Origin: Kudoa neothunni
Taxonomy: Eukaryota; Animalia; Cnidaria
Assembly: GCA_964304625.1 (NCBI GenBank)
Contig: OZ199839.1
Coordinates: 9,066,528 to 9,130,527 of the forward strand
Length of the DNA: 64,000 nt
Direction of reading: 5' to 3'
The notes beneath the pieces are model-generated. The model was given only the letters and a program-made list of their open reading frames with translations, was not told where the DNA came from and ran no database searches. Made by a program: the position numbers and the translations under genes. Every line of letters starts with the position of its first letter. Position 1 is the first letter of the stretch. This document shows, one piece after another, positions 42,317-52,797 of this stretch.

Positions 42317-43529
42317 TCAAATGTTCTCATTGGCATCGCAGAATGGGTCAAACTGGACCATTGGTGCATTTTTAGCAGACAATTCACATCGATGAACCAT
42401 TGCTGATGGTTTATTGTCCATTGCTATAGAAAAATCAATTAATTAAAAGAGTGACAGGGAAAACTTACTTGTCTCTGGTGGTGTTGCACATAAACCTATT
42501 TGCTCTAATATATGCGATAGTTGTTTTTTGAAAAATTCCTTCTCTCGATCGCTCTACACAATCTTATAAACAAATCGTAACCCCAACAAACACAAATACA
42601 TCAGCCAACCGTACGGTAAGACTGTCGTAAAAGATATCACTAGGTGACACATCTTTATCCGGTTCGTTGTTGTTTACACACTTTACAGACTGTGATGTGA
42701 AAACTAGATAGTTCCATTGTTTGTACAGATGAATAAAAGGAGCTATATTTTCATATGCGGTGGCTAAATAAAATCATCAATAAAAAAACACATATATGAT
42801 ATATGATATATGTGTTATGTGATAATCGATTACATCTTTTAACACTGGGAGTGTATTTTCCCAGAAAAGGAGCCATTTTCATGACTGCTGGTAGTTGTTT
42901 TATTTCGCAGAAGCAATCATCCACAGGAATCATGCCATACTTTTGTATCTAGGTGAATGGTTATCGAAAACCAACCCAATGATAACAGAACCTGCTGTAA
43001 AAGTTTAGTTCCACCAACATAATCAGCACCAGCCTTTTTACAATTTTCCCCTGCAACTCCCTAGAAGATGTGTTTGGGTTGACATCATAACAACATAAAA
43101 CAAACGCCAACCTCAGCAAAAACCATCACTACTGGCGATTTACTCTCGGGAATAATTTTAGGATTGACAGGAAGTCGATTTAACTTTGGAAAATTAAAAC
43201 TGGACTAAATTTCACGGAATTCATTTAATGGTATCTAATTTAAAAAACACCTTAGGCCAATTCAGCTTCAAACTCAAATATAACGGCGTGGAAGCAAACA
43301 GGTAAGATGTGACAATTTTTAAAGCTTCATCAAAACCACATAATTTGGTTTTCAAGGCGTCATCAACCTTGGTGTTCTGAGTTAGATGTGGTGGAAGTGC
43401 TTTTTCGGTTTTCTTCAGGAAAAAATCAAATGGTTGAGTTCGTTGCTCCTTGATAGCTGTTTTAATGTCAAAATTTTGAACTTGTATCAACTGTTTAATT
43501 ATATTTTTTGGATCAGGTCGGACAACCAT
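42317..43529 (-). CDS. MRPL1: Divergent mitochondrial ribosomal protein L1 (uL1m)-like; 7 exons, open frame
   Basis: VMVFAEG...KKAGADYVGG.KLLQQI and FLGKYTPSVKR are the bacterial/mitochondrial L1 signature. Six GT-AG introns splice in frame. Confidence 0.75.
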
Positions 43530-44208
43530 GATTTCAAACAAATTTAAACATGCGGGGGAGTCTGCGCATTTGAAAACTCAACACCATGTGGGAAGTAGTA
43601 TTTTCCCACACGGATTGACTATTAATTAACACATATAATTTAATCAAGTTTTTACATTAAAGATAGTTATGATATTATTTCAATTTTTAAATAAATTAAT
43701 TTTTATATTTTTTAAAATTTAAAGAAATATTTAAAAAATAAAAACTCAAAAGAGATTTGTTAGAAATGATACTTTTAAGATCAGTAAGCAACGGGAAATT
43801 TAATTTATTTACTATTTAGTCAAGATTAATTTTAAATTAAAAACTCAATAGGAATTACGACGGTCCATAAAAATTCTATGTGAGGTTATAATAATTAGTA
43901 ATATTATATTGAAAAAATTCCTTGTATATAAAATCGTCTATATATATAAGCAATAACAGTTGATTATATATTTTATAAAAAATAATGATATTTAAAAAAA
44001 TGAAACAGTTTCTTTTTAAAAAAATCAAAATAACTAATGTTGATCTTTAATTTTTTTCATCATTATACGATGGAACGTTGTACACATAGCGGCGAGTGGT
44101 GGGAAGGTGGTGTTATGGATCGAATAAATCGTACAGCTACTATACTATCTAATCGATAATGCAGTAGTTACAGGACAAAGGCAGAATGTCAGTAATGGGT
44201 CCAGTTGT

Positions 44209-46674
44209 CTAAATAATCAATTCAACGTATACATTTAAATAAATAGTTACTGAGCTGTGAGAAAAGTTCACAAAACTGCTAGACGATGGAAAGCAACAGG
44301 TGTCACCTATAGTTATTGTTATCATTTTTAGATTCGAATGGCTTGATGTTTTACAATTTGTCACTGATTTGGACTTTAGATTTTTGTTGGGCTTGGTATA
44401 ATAATCGAAGAATTTTGAAGTCGTATTGCCATCACGATGCAAGTTCCAAAGAAGATTTGATAAATTTGGTTCGCTGTTGCTTCTCTTAACTTTGCCCTCA
44501 AAACAGGTACTAACCCAGTATCCCATTTTTTTCATTGTTCTCATAGTGCTGTCGTTGCAACTCATCACATCAACATTGTGTTCAGTTTGATGTTTCGTTA
44601 TGTACATCCGGTTGTGTAGGAACCGGGAAAGTTTGAGATGCCAAATCGTTTCTGATAGCATTTCTTCACTAACTCTAAAGGAATTTCTTCGGCGACGTCT
44701 AAAATTTGAGTTACGCCGATCTTGATTTTCACTTAAATTCGAGGTGCTTTGAGTTGGTGACTGGGATACCCGATAGACACGAGTCGCAGTTATACGCGAT
44801 TTTCTTACATTTGGTTTTTTTTTGAAATCGATAGTTGAAAAATTGTAATATAATGAATTTGGGTCGCCTTGAGCTTCAGTGGAATCGCTTGTGGCACTTT
44901 GAGTTTGATCACGGTCAAACCGGTTGTATTCAGAGGCGAGAGGTTGGATAACGTGAGCATTTCGATTATTCCTATAGAGAATCTGGTTCTGAATGTCGTA
45001 TACTCTGAAAAGTCCAGCCCTAACACGTCGTATTATGGGATGATTACCACCAAATAATTCTACTAAACTATTAAATCGCCCTGTTATAGCTGAAAAGCGG
45101 ACAAGAGCATTTGTTCGATGAATACTGCTGAACAAAATTATAAATTCCAAATGATCATCATCATAGAGGATTGTATAGGACGGTATCGTAGGTTGAATAA
45201 TCACATTACCCCTAAACGGGTAAATAAATGCAAACTCCATCATTTTTTCGGCCAAACGTAAAATTGTATCTCCAAAAAAATAATCGTCAATAATTCCAAA
45301 CTGTCTATTAGAATGATATGGCATTCTAGTAGCGAATTCGAGTAATGCAGAGGCCACATATTTTCTCGTATAATCAATGTATTCTCTTTCCAGCCTAAAG
45401 TCTTCATTTGAAATATTACCTGAGAGGATAAAAGGAGTATAGATATAATCAGCATGAAGCAAATCGCACTTAGTCAACACATCTTTGTATTGATCTGACG
45501 TAAATGGGTAACACTCTTCAATTATTCTTCTTAAGTTGGATGGATCTAAAGTTGGAGTAGGATTATTTGAGTCTAATAGATTCATGTGAACGTAGGGTAT
45601 ATTCCTAGAATCCAAATGTTTAAATCTGCAGGTGTATTTAGAAATGAAATTAGATGAAATCTTAATGGCTTTAATGAGTAAATGTTGACTTGGTGTATGT
45701 TTTTTAATCCAAAGTTGTGGCATACTCCATCGAATAATGAATAGAATTTCTTGAAACGCACCAAAAGTGATAAGGGATGGAGTAACCATTTCCCCAATTA
45801 TAGTAGATTGATTGTAAATCTTCTTTGCAGGAATCCTTTCAAATAAGTAGAACTCCAAGAAGGAAATGGTTGATAGAATTTTAATTTTGTTACACATATA
45901 ATTGAAATCATACACATAATATCGTAGGAAACTCAATACAATGGAAAAATCAATAGGAGCCTTTTTATTATGGAGGTTATTCGATTTCAATTTCATTACT
46001 CTTAGTGTCAATGGAAGTATGCACAGAAATTCCAGACTTTTAGCACAATTTTGTAGGTAATATATCGCCATAATTGAAAGAATGTTTTTATCAAAATTTT
46101 GAAAACCAAGAATATCAAGAGTACACCAAACAAAATCCTGTATAAAATAGACCACACCTTCCGATAACACATTGTACATGTTGATAACCTTTTGGGTGTA
46201 AAATTCCTGGTAGTTGGTGATAATTTTCACAGTGTATGTATTGTTCCGATAAAAATTTCCTCGAAATTTCTTTTTTGTTTGATCCTTTCGTTCACCAACG
46301 GATGTAGTAACTGTTGGAAAGCGAGGAGGCTTGAATTTTTTGTGGAGATAACGTTTCTTCTCCGAAAATTTCAATATTACAGCATTTTTTTCGGTTTTAT
46401 CAATCTTTAGTTTGAACATTAGCTTTCCAAATCGTAATTTTGTTGCAACTGCATCGAATTTTCCAATATCATCCAAATACAGCGAAATATAATCCCGATG
46501 TTTTGAATTATACCAACTAGAATCAAATCCATAGTCGTATCCAATACCATTTTCTTCGAGCAGACATTCCAACGCATTCAGTATATAGATGATATTCATT
46601 TGGTTGAATGCAACTGTACTTTGATTGAAGTAAACTCGTTGATAGAGTTTTGTTATCACACTGAAGTGGGTCAT
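44209..46674 (-). CDS. Uncharacterised protein of about 820 aa, one very long exon
   Basis: A stop-free frame of about 2.5 kb in very AT-rich DNA; first ATG at 46674. The last 30 or so codons may be an intron leading to DNWTHY*. No family recognised. Confidence 0.75.
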   Translation of the reverse strand: MTHFSVITKLYQRVYFNQSTVAFNQMNIIYILNALECLLEENGIGYDYGFDSSWYNSKHRDYISLYLDDIGKFDAVATKLRFGKLMFKLKIDKTEKNAVILKFSEKKRYLHKKFKPPRFPTVTTSVGERKDQTKKKFRGNFYRNNTYTVKIITNYQEFYTQKVINMYNVLSEGVVYFIQDFVWCTLDILGFQNFDKNILSIMAIYYLQNCAKSLEFLCILPLTLRVMKLKSNNLHNKKAPIDFSIVLSFLRYYVYDFNYMCNKIKILSTISFLEFYLFERIPAKKIYNQSTIIGEMVTPSLITFGAFQEILFIIRWSMPQLWIKKHTPSQHLLIKAIKISSNFISKYTCRFKHLDSRNIPYVHMNLLDSNNPTPTLDPSNLRRIIEECYPFTSDQYKDVLTKCDLLHADYIYTPFILSGNISNEDFRLEREYIDYTRKYVASALLEFATRMPYHSNRQFGIIDDYFFGDTILRLAEKMMEFAFIYPFRGNVIIQPTIPSYTILYDDDHLEFIILFSSIHRTNALVRFSAITGRFNSLVELFGGNHPIIRRVRAGLFRVYDIQNQILYRNNRNAHVIQPLASEYNRFDRDQTQSATSDSTEAQGDPNSLYYNFSTIDFKKKPNVRKSRITATRVYRVSQSPTQSTSNLSENQDRRNSNFRRRRRNSFRVSEEMLSETIWHLKLSRFLHNRMYITKHQTEHNVDVMSCNDSTMRTMKKMGYWVSTCFEGKVKRSNSEPNLSNLLWNLHRDGNTTSKFFDYYTKPNKNLKSKSVTNCKTSSHSNLKMITITIGDTCCFPSSSSFVNFSHSSVTIYLNVYVELII

Positions 46675-47780
46675 TGGACTTTGAATAGGATAAGTTTGAA
46701 CAAAAGTGACTAGGCTTGTTTTCGGTTGCTTAGAATGAAATCTAACTAACGACTGCACACCACAACACACTCGCGATTCCCGCCTATCTATTTTCACAAC
46801 AAACTAACATTTTGATACTAATCAACTTAATTTTGTATCTACTAACAATTCAAACGACACATACTACACAATAGGAATGACGACAATTTAAGGGTAAGGC
46901 CCTGGTAATTAATTTTCAACTATTTTAATTTAATCTTCATTCATTAAGACAATTGTGAGAACATAAACAACTTTCATATTATAATAAATGGTTAAATGTT
47001 TCAGGAAGTTTTAAAGATTTCTTAGTTCGTAACATCTTAATAACAGAATTTTTTCCCTCTGCATTAACTAGGGAACATATCTTATTTCCATAAATATAAT
47101 AATTTTTAAAATATTTAGTCAAATTTTATAACAAACATATGCATATTAATAGCCAGCACGAACTCCCTAGTCCGTCCTCTCTAAGAATGATTATATTGTA
47201 TGTTAAAAAAATTCATAATACTATTTTTTCTCCAATATAACAGAGAAATCAAGAGATTACGAATATTAGAAATTACAGTATTATTCCATACCAACAAGTT
47301 ACGTATTGTTAAATTTCGAGGATTAATTATGTAATAACTCGATTAAATAGTGTGTAAATATTTAAAAAAGTTTTAAGATATCAAAAAATGTATTATTTAT
47401 CATCTAAATAAATATTTAAATTTATTTCGAAGGAGAACGGAATCTAAAGTTGAACTTTTACTCGAACGATTTGAAGTAACGCGCGAAAAATAAATAATAA
47501 AAAATATAATCAACTTGGGGAATTGTTTAACCTTTAGGCAGATGTCAGCAATTTTCATATTCAAACTTGAGTCAAATATGACTATTATGAAAATGGCTAT
47601 TTGTATGAAAAATAATATTCAAATGTCATTAGTTCTGATTATATTTAATTATTTCACGTTATTAAGAGAAAAGAGTTGAATCAGAAATATTTAAATAGAG
47701 CAGATTGTAAAAAATTAAACCTGTATTGTTTACAGTTCGTAAGTAAGGGTCACTGGGATTAAAAACTGTCATATACTCGC

Positions 47781-47827
47781 ATGTATGTATGTATGTATGT
47801 ATGTATGTATGTATGTATGTATGTATG
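47781..47827. repeat. (ATGT)n microsatellite
   Basis: Direct reading; it explains the HTYI-repeat ORFs. Confidence 0.95.
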
Positions 47828-48136
47828 TCGTTTAGGATTAAAGCACTGTATCCCAACCTTTTTTATGTTAAACCCCATTTTTCCTCGAAATAGAGTTCCG
47901 TGACACCTTTTTAAAAAGTGTATATTTTTTAACTCAAACTGCCTATAACTTTCAATCAAACCTCATATCATATTAATATTTGAAAATGTTCAATAATTAC
48001 GTCTTTACTTATTAAAATAAAAATGTGATCGATCAAATTTAATTTAATTTCCTGATGTAACTTAAAAATAAACACATTTAGTTCCTCATTCCTCCCAAAA
48101 TAGCGTTAAGTGTAGCTCATGGTAATCCACCCGTCA

Positions 48137-48404
48137 TTAACCCTCCGAAGATTGTGGTCAAATTGACCCCAAAGTATAATTAAAACCAACATTACTACTT
48201 ACTTGTGTACTCATTCAAATTTCTCAATTTTTTATCCATTTTCCTAAATTTTTGTACAGTATATAATAATAAAATTGGGGAGGAAATGATCACAATAATA
48301 GTATGAGAAAAATTTGTATCTTCGGAGGATTTTTTGGTTCAAATTTACCCTAAAAGTAAAAGAAGGAGACTTTATTGTCGATTTTGGGGCGCTCGGAATG
48401 TTAA
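48137..48404. mobile_element. piggyBac-like TTAA MITE
   Basis: TTAA-ccctccgaag...ctcggaatg-TTAA, with subterminal ggtcaaattgacc repeated degenerately at about 48335. Confidence 0.6.
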
Positions 48405-49211
48405 TTTAAAAATAACAAAATCTCTCAATGGGAGAAAATATGGATTTTGGTCTACCAACGGAAGAGTGCATTGTATTGATAAGAACAAAAAAATAGGACT
48501 TTTGATATGCTTTTATTAATAAAGCTAATGAATTCCTCATGATGCCTCAAACTCAGCATGTGTATTTATTAGTTGGTTGTTGATTCAATAAAAAGTTTTT
48601 ACATTTCGCATAATACAGTCTTTGCGAATCTTCAAATTTTAAATCGTGTTCCATTACAAATTACTTCAAATATTAAACTAAATAAGTATGCTAGTTGGTC
48701 AAAATATAGTCGAATTTTTTTGTTTAATTTCGCAAGCACAAAGTTACATGTCGTGCCGTGCCGTACGTAATGGTTTTGATTTCCCTTTGGATACGCCCGA
48801 CCCATAAGTCACTGTATCTCTCTCTCAGCAACGAATCATGATTAAATATTAAACTATTAACTACACAAAAGTAACAAAGATAAAGATAAAAAAGCGAATC
48901 CATAATCAATATTTAGTCATAAATATAAGATTTTGGATGGCCGGATTAAAATCGATTGTTATTGTACAACCCCAATTTTATTAGGGGATTAAGTGGGTAC
49001 ATCAATTTAAAGACAAGACAAAATTAACCAATAAATTATTTTTTAAAAGAGCCAAATCAACCACATAAACCAAATATGATTAATTAGTTCGAAGCTCAAC
49101 GACGATATGTTATCTTCGTGAGAAATATGAAATATCGTGCGCAAACTCTGTACAATATATTAGCCGACGTAAGACGAAAGTGGATCGCAATTGATCGTGC
49201 ATTTTGTTGTG

Positions 49212-50915
49212 ATGGCTGCTAGTGGTTTCTCGTCAAATGTTGATATGTCTCTCGACGAAATTGTGTCGAAAAACAAGAACGCGATGAGATCAAAAGGAAG
49301 ACGCGGTAGAGGAGGAAGACTTGGCGGAGCTCGAGGTCAATGGAATCAAAATAACCGTCGTGTCAGAATGGTGAACAATTCTCGAAGATCTTTTGGGGTT
49401 GGCAAGCGTGGCAAACGTCAGGTTAGTTACTTAGGTTGTACATTTCGTTGTATATTTATTTCGCTTTCAACAGCTACCCGATATATGGGATAAAGGATCA
49501 TTGTTGGAACGAGGCAATTCGGCTCTATCGAACTCCACCAAAGATGTTGTTATTTCAAGCAATCGACTGATGGTTACAAATCTTAACTTCAGTGTTACTG
49601 ATGATGATATCAAAGTGATGAATAATACATACTAATTGAAGATTTTCTTCGATCATCATAGCCAATTCATTTACACTGTATCTAATGTAATAGGAGTTGT
49701 TTTCCACATGTGGTCAACTGAAAAAAGCTGTTATCAACTACGACAATACGGGCCATTCGAATGGAACAGCCGAAGTTGTTTATTTTGACAGAGCATCGGC
49801 CCAAAAAGCGTACAATAGTTTCAATGGAGTGTGTCTAGACAGTATGTTGAGTGTGCTGATGACTATTTGGTTGATTGTATTTTATTCAGAGCGTCCATTA
49901 AAAATCCAATATCTTGATGCTCCTGATGCAGCTAAGACCACTGTTTCAAGGTGATTGATTACGCTTTTTAAGCTATTAAAACACATAGTCGTCGACTGTG
50001 GGATATGTGTTTGTGGGCGATTGACGTTGGAATCCTTTTACATTATATCAGACATTAATTCTTTGCGTGGTTGTTGATACTGATGAAATGAATATATCAC
50101 AAATCTACGCCAACTGTTTGGCACAATTGTTTAACATCTGTTCATTCTATCTCGGAAATTCGATGACAATTGCCCGCCCAATGTCGTTTATGTGTGGTGG
50201 TGGTGGTAGTGGTGGTGGTGCGTAAACAATCAGATTTTCATAGACAGATAATTTAACAGTTTAATTTGATGGCTGATTGCTGTGTGTGTCGCGACGGATG
50301 GATCACCTGAAATTATTTCCATATCGAGATTATTGTCGTGATAGTTGTCGTGATAGTTGTCGTGATAGTTATCGTGATAGTTATCGTGATAGTGGTATCA
50401 ACTACTAGTGCTATCGACGTTTGATGAACAAAACCTTTGATGGACCTTTTTGGTGCCTAGACCATTTTAATACAGCCTTACTCGCGCAAATCATCGATTA
50501 CGTTATTTGTCGATCCTGTGTTACATTTCCCTGCCTTAACGATCAAGTTTAATCGTTTTCTACTGTGTTCAGTTTGCAAACTCAGTGGATCCAACTACGT
50601 TGCGATTAACATCCTCAACTATTTTGTTTTATCGACAGATTAATATTTTCCAATTAGATTGACTTTACCACCAACATCTCGCCTGTCCAGAGGATTTTCC
50701 TCAGGTGGCGGTAGGGGCATCAGATCGACCGGTAGGGGAATCGGCCGTGGCTCACGCCGTGGTAGAGGAAGATCTTCTGCAGGTCGGAAAACCGCAAAGT
50801 CGTCTGCTGCGCTTGATCAAGAAATGATTGACTATCAGAACGTATTTCTATTATATTTATCTGATGGGATGTCATTCTAAATGGTTATTTGTAGAATGAA
50901 GTTGAAATGAAGTAA
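49212..50915 (+). CDS. ALYREF: ALY/REF mRNA export adaptor (THOC4), 6 exons
   Basis: N-box VDMSLDEIV, RGG region, LPDIWD, RRM (LMVTNLNFSVTDDDIKELF...INYDNTGHSNGTAEVVY), C-box SAALDQEMIDY. Confidence 0.93.
50333..50392. repeat. 12-bp tandem repeat x5 (ttRtcgtgatag) in the long ALYREF intron
   Basis: Direct reading. Confidence 0.9.
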
Positions 50916-51516
50916 TCTGCTCTTAGCCCTATTACTATTGTACGCTAAATTATATATTTCCAACGAATTTACTATTTTTGTTTGTGTTATATGGACCGTT
51001 TCTATGTGAACGCTTGTCTTTTACTTTATATTTTTTTGAGTATAAGTTAGTAATTTTCGAGTTAATTGGCCCAAATACTATTGTTTACATTGTAAACTTT
51101 TCAGGATAGTTTTTAGAAGTGGGGTTTTCGACCGGGGATAATAACTAAATGACGAGGGCTAAATTAAGTCATGTCAAAATTAGATAAGGGAAATTTTTGT
51201 ATTATGGGTTCGTGACGTACTTCTGGATTTAAAAGGAATTGTATTGTTCAGGGCTATTAAACTCAATAAGAATTATGCGGAAATTCTTAGAATGTTTTTA
51301 GGAATAAGTATTTAGTATCTATTTGTAAAACTATTACCAACCACTTTCTTTTATGCATCGTTTATCTTTTAGTGGTATAGCCTAATAAGAATACTTAAAA
51401 TGACTATTCTTATGGTGAATAATATCAAGTGTGATTGGTTTTGACGATTTTTAATTATTTATAGACTTTAAGAGCGAAGAATTGGCATATAACAATTTGA
51501 TTTGGCAAAATCTAAC

Positions 51517-51626
51517 AATTAAATCTCTGTACAGCTTGCGAGCAATATTTGGTGGTATTAAAAATGGCCATTATGCTAACGTACGTGCCATTTAGGACCA
51601 GAATTCACCCCACAAATAGCCTCTGC
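51517..51626. repeat. Dispersed repeat family B, copy 3
   Basis: aattaaatctctgtacagcttg...gtgccatttagga...aatagcctctgc. Confidence 0.62.
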
Positions 51627-52379
51627 TATAGCTAAGGCAGTAAAAACCCGTATAGTAAATATGGATTTGGCTTCCAAGCTAGGGGGAAATTTTGATTTTT
51701 CATCAGGCTGAGGGAGCAAATTTGAAAAAACGGTTGAGAACCCCTGGGTTAGATGACATTGGCACAGTTTATTGGGTTTTGGTCGGATCCGTACACACTA
51801 TGAGCACTGAAGCGAGTAACATGTTACCAGACTTTTTATTTTTCTGCGTTGTTATAGAAGTTTAACTCACTAAGTAATCTCGCCTCAACGTAACCAACAC
51901 GTCATAACTTAACTACTTCAACTTCCATGTCCATGTCCATGTTGTTGTCTCTGTAGATTTTGGAAGCCAGATTTTACTTACCACATAAATCACGGATGAA
52001 TTTAACATCGAATCCAACGTAATTTCTTTTGTTTACAAGGCAAAACAAATGGCACAACTTATTAGATTGTCGAGTTATGGTTGGTTACACCATCCCCATT
52101 AACGTTGTAGGTACCACAGGACGAGTAACAACTACTCCCTTTGATGCTTATCTTTTCTGCGATAGTGTACGCTTTTAACCCATTAAACATGGGGGTTTCC
52201 CTGAAAACAACATTCCAAATCCTATCCATAAGAACTTTGGCACTACAAAGATATCAAACTTGTTAATGTGTCCGCGTCCCCTATCAATCAAACGTCTAAT
52301 TCAACCCCCTCTATTAGATCGAACTATAACTGTAGGTGAAATTACGTTTATCTTGTAATCGCACTCTAACAACAGCTCT

Positions 52380-52492
52380 CATTATGGGGCAGAGACACCC
52401 TCGTGTGGGAACAGTAAGCTGATCAGCGGCGGGAATCGAACCCAGTAACTCCAGGTATCGAGTCCATTCACCGCATCATTGGGTTATCTGTC
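52380..52492 (-). mobile_element. tRNA-derived SINE-like head
   Basis: Minus strand GACAGATAACCCAATGATGCGG...CTGGGTTCGATTCCCG has a Pol III B box but no complete cloverleaf. Confidence 0.55.
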
Positions 52493-52667
52493 ATCGGCAG
52501 TAATATCTTCGAAGATATCCCTACATCCGACGTATGCAGGAAGTTAAAATTCATGAAAATGGACATAACTATAAATTTTGTTACATCAAAAATAAAAATA
52601 AGCGTATACTCTACCTACAATATACATTACTTATTAGTGTTGAAAATTGCAGATGAAAAGTTTTATT

Positions 52668-52740
52668 GAGACTTTTCGTCGAATTGAACTCGCAACCCCA
52701 AGGCTTGTAATCCAGTAGGCCAACACCTGGGCTATCCGCC
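52668..52740 (-). other. tRNA-like sequence (pseudo-tRNA or SINE head)
   Basis: GGCGGATAGCCCAGGTGTTGG (A-box-like)...GAGTTCAATTCG (B box) at tRNA spacing. Acceptor and anticodon stems do not pair. Confidence 0.5.
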
Positions 52741-52797
52741 TGTCCGCCGTTTGGCGATCGCCCTTGGCAACCTGAATTTTCTTTGAATACAATAACA

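Noticed and set aside
44209-46797. Faint resemblance to adenovirus/Polinton terminal protein (Arg run, QYKD..KC)
   Set aside because: Only short chance-level matches, and no polB, capsid genes or TIRs nearby.
47662-47959. ORFs with HTYI repeats
   Set aside because: Translation of an (ATGT)n microsatellite.
50333-50392. CRISPR-like array
   Set aside because: 12-bp tandem units without spacers, inside a eukaryotic intron.
49951-50657. Box C/D snoRNA in the ALYREF intron
   Set aside because: Only imperfect C boxes (ctgatga, ttgatga), no convincing terminal stem or rRNA guide identified by eye.
52668-52740. Functional tRNA-Val(TAC) or tRNA-Sec
   Set aside because: Acceptor and anticodon stems do not pair, and there is no long variable arm.
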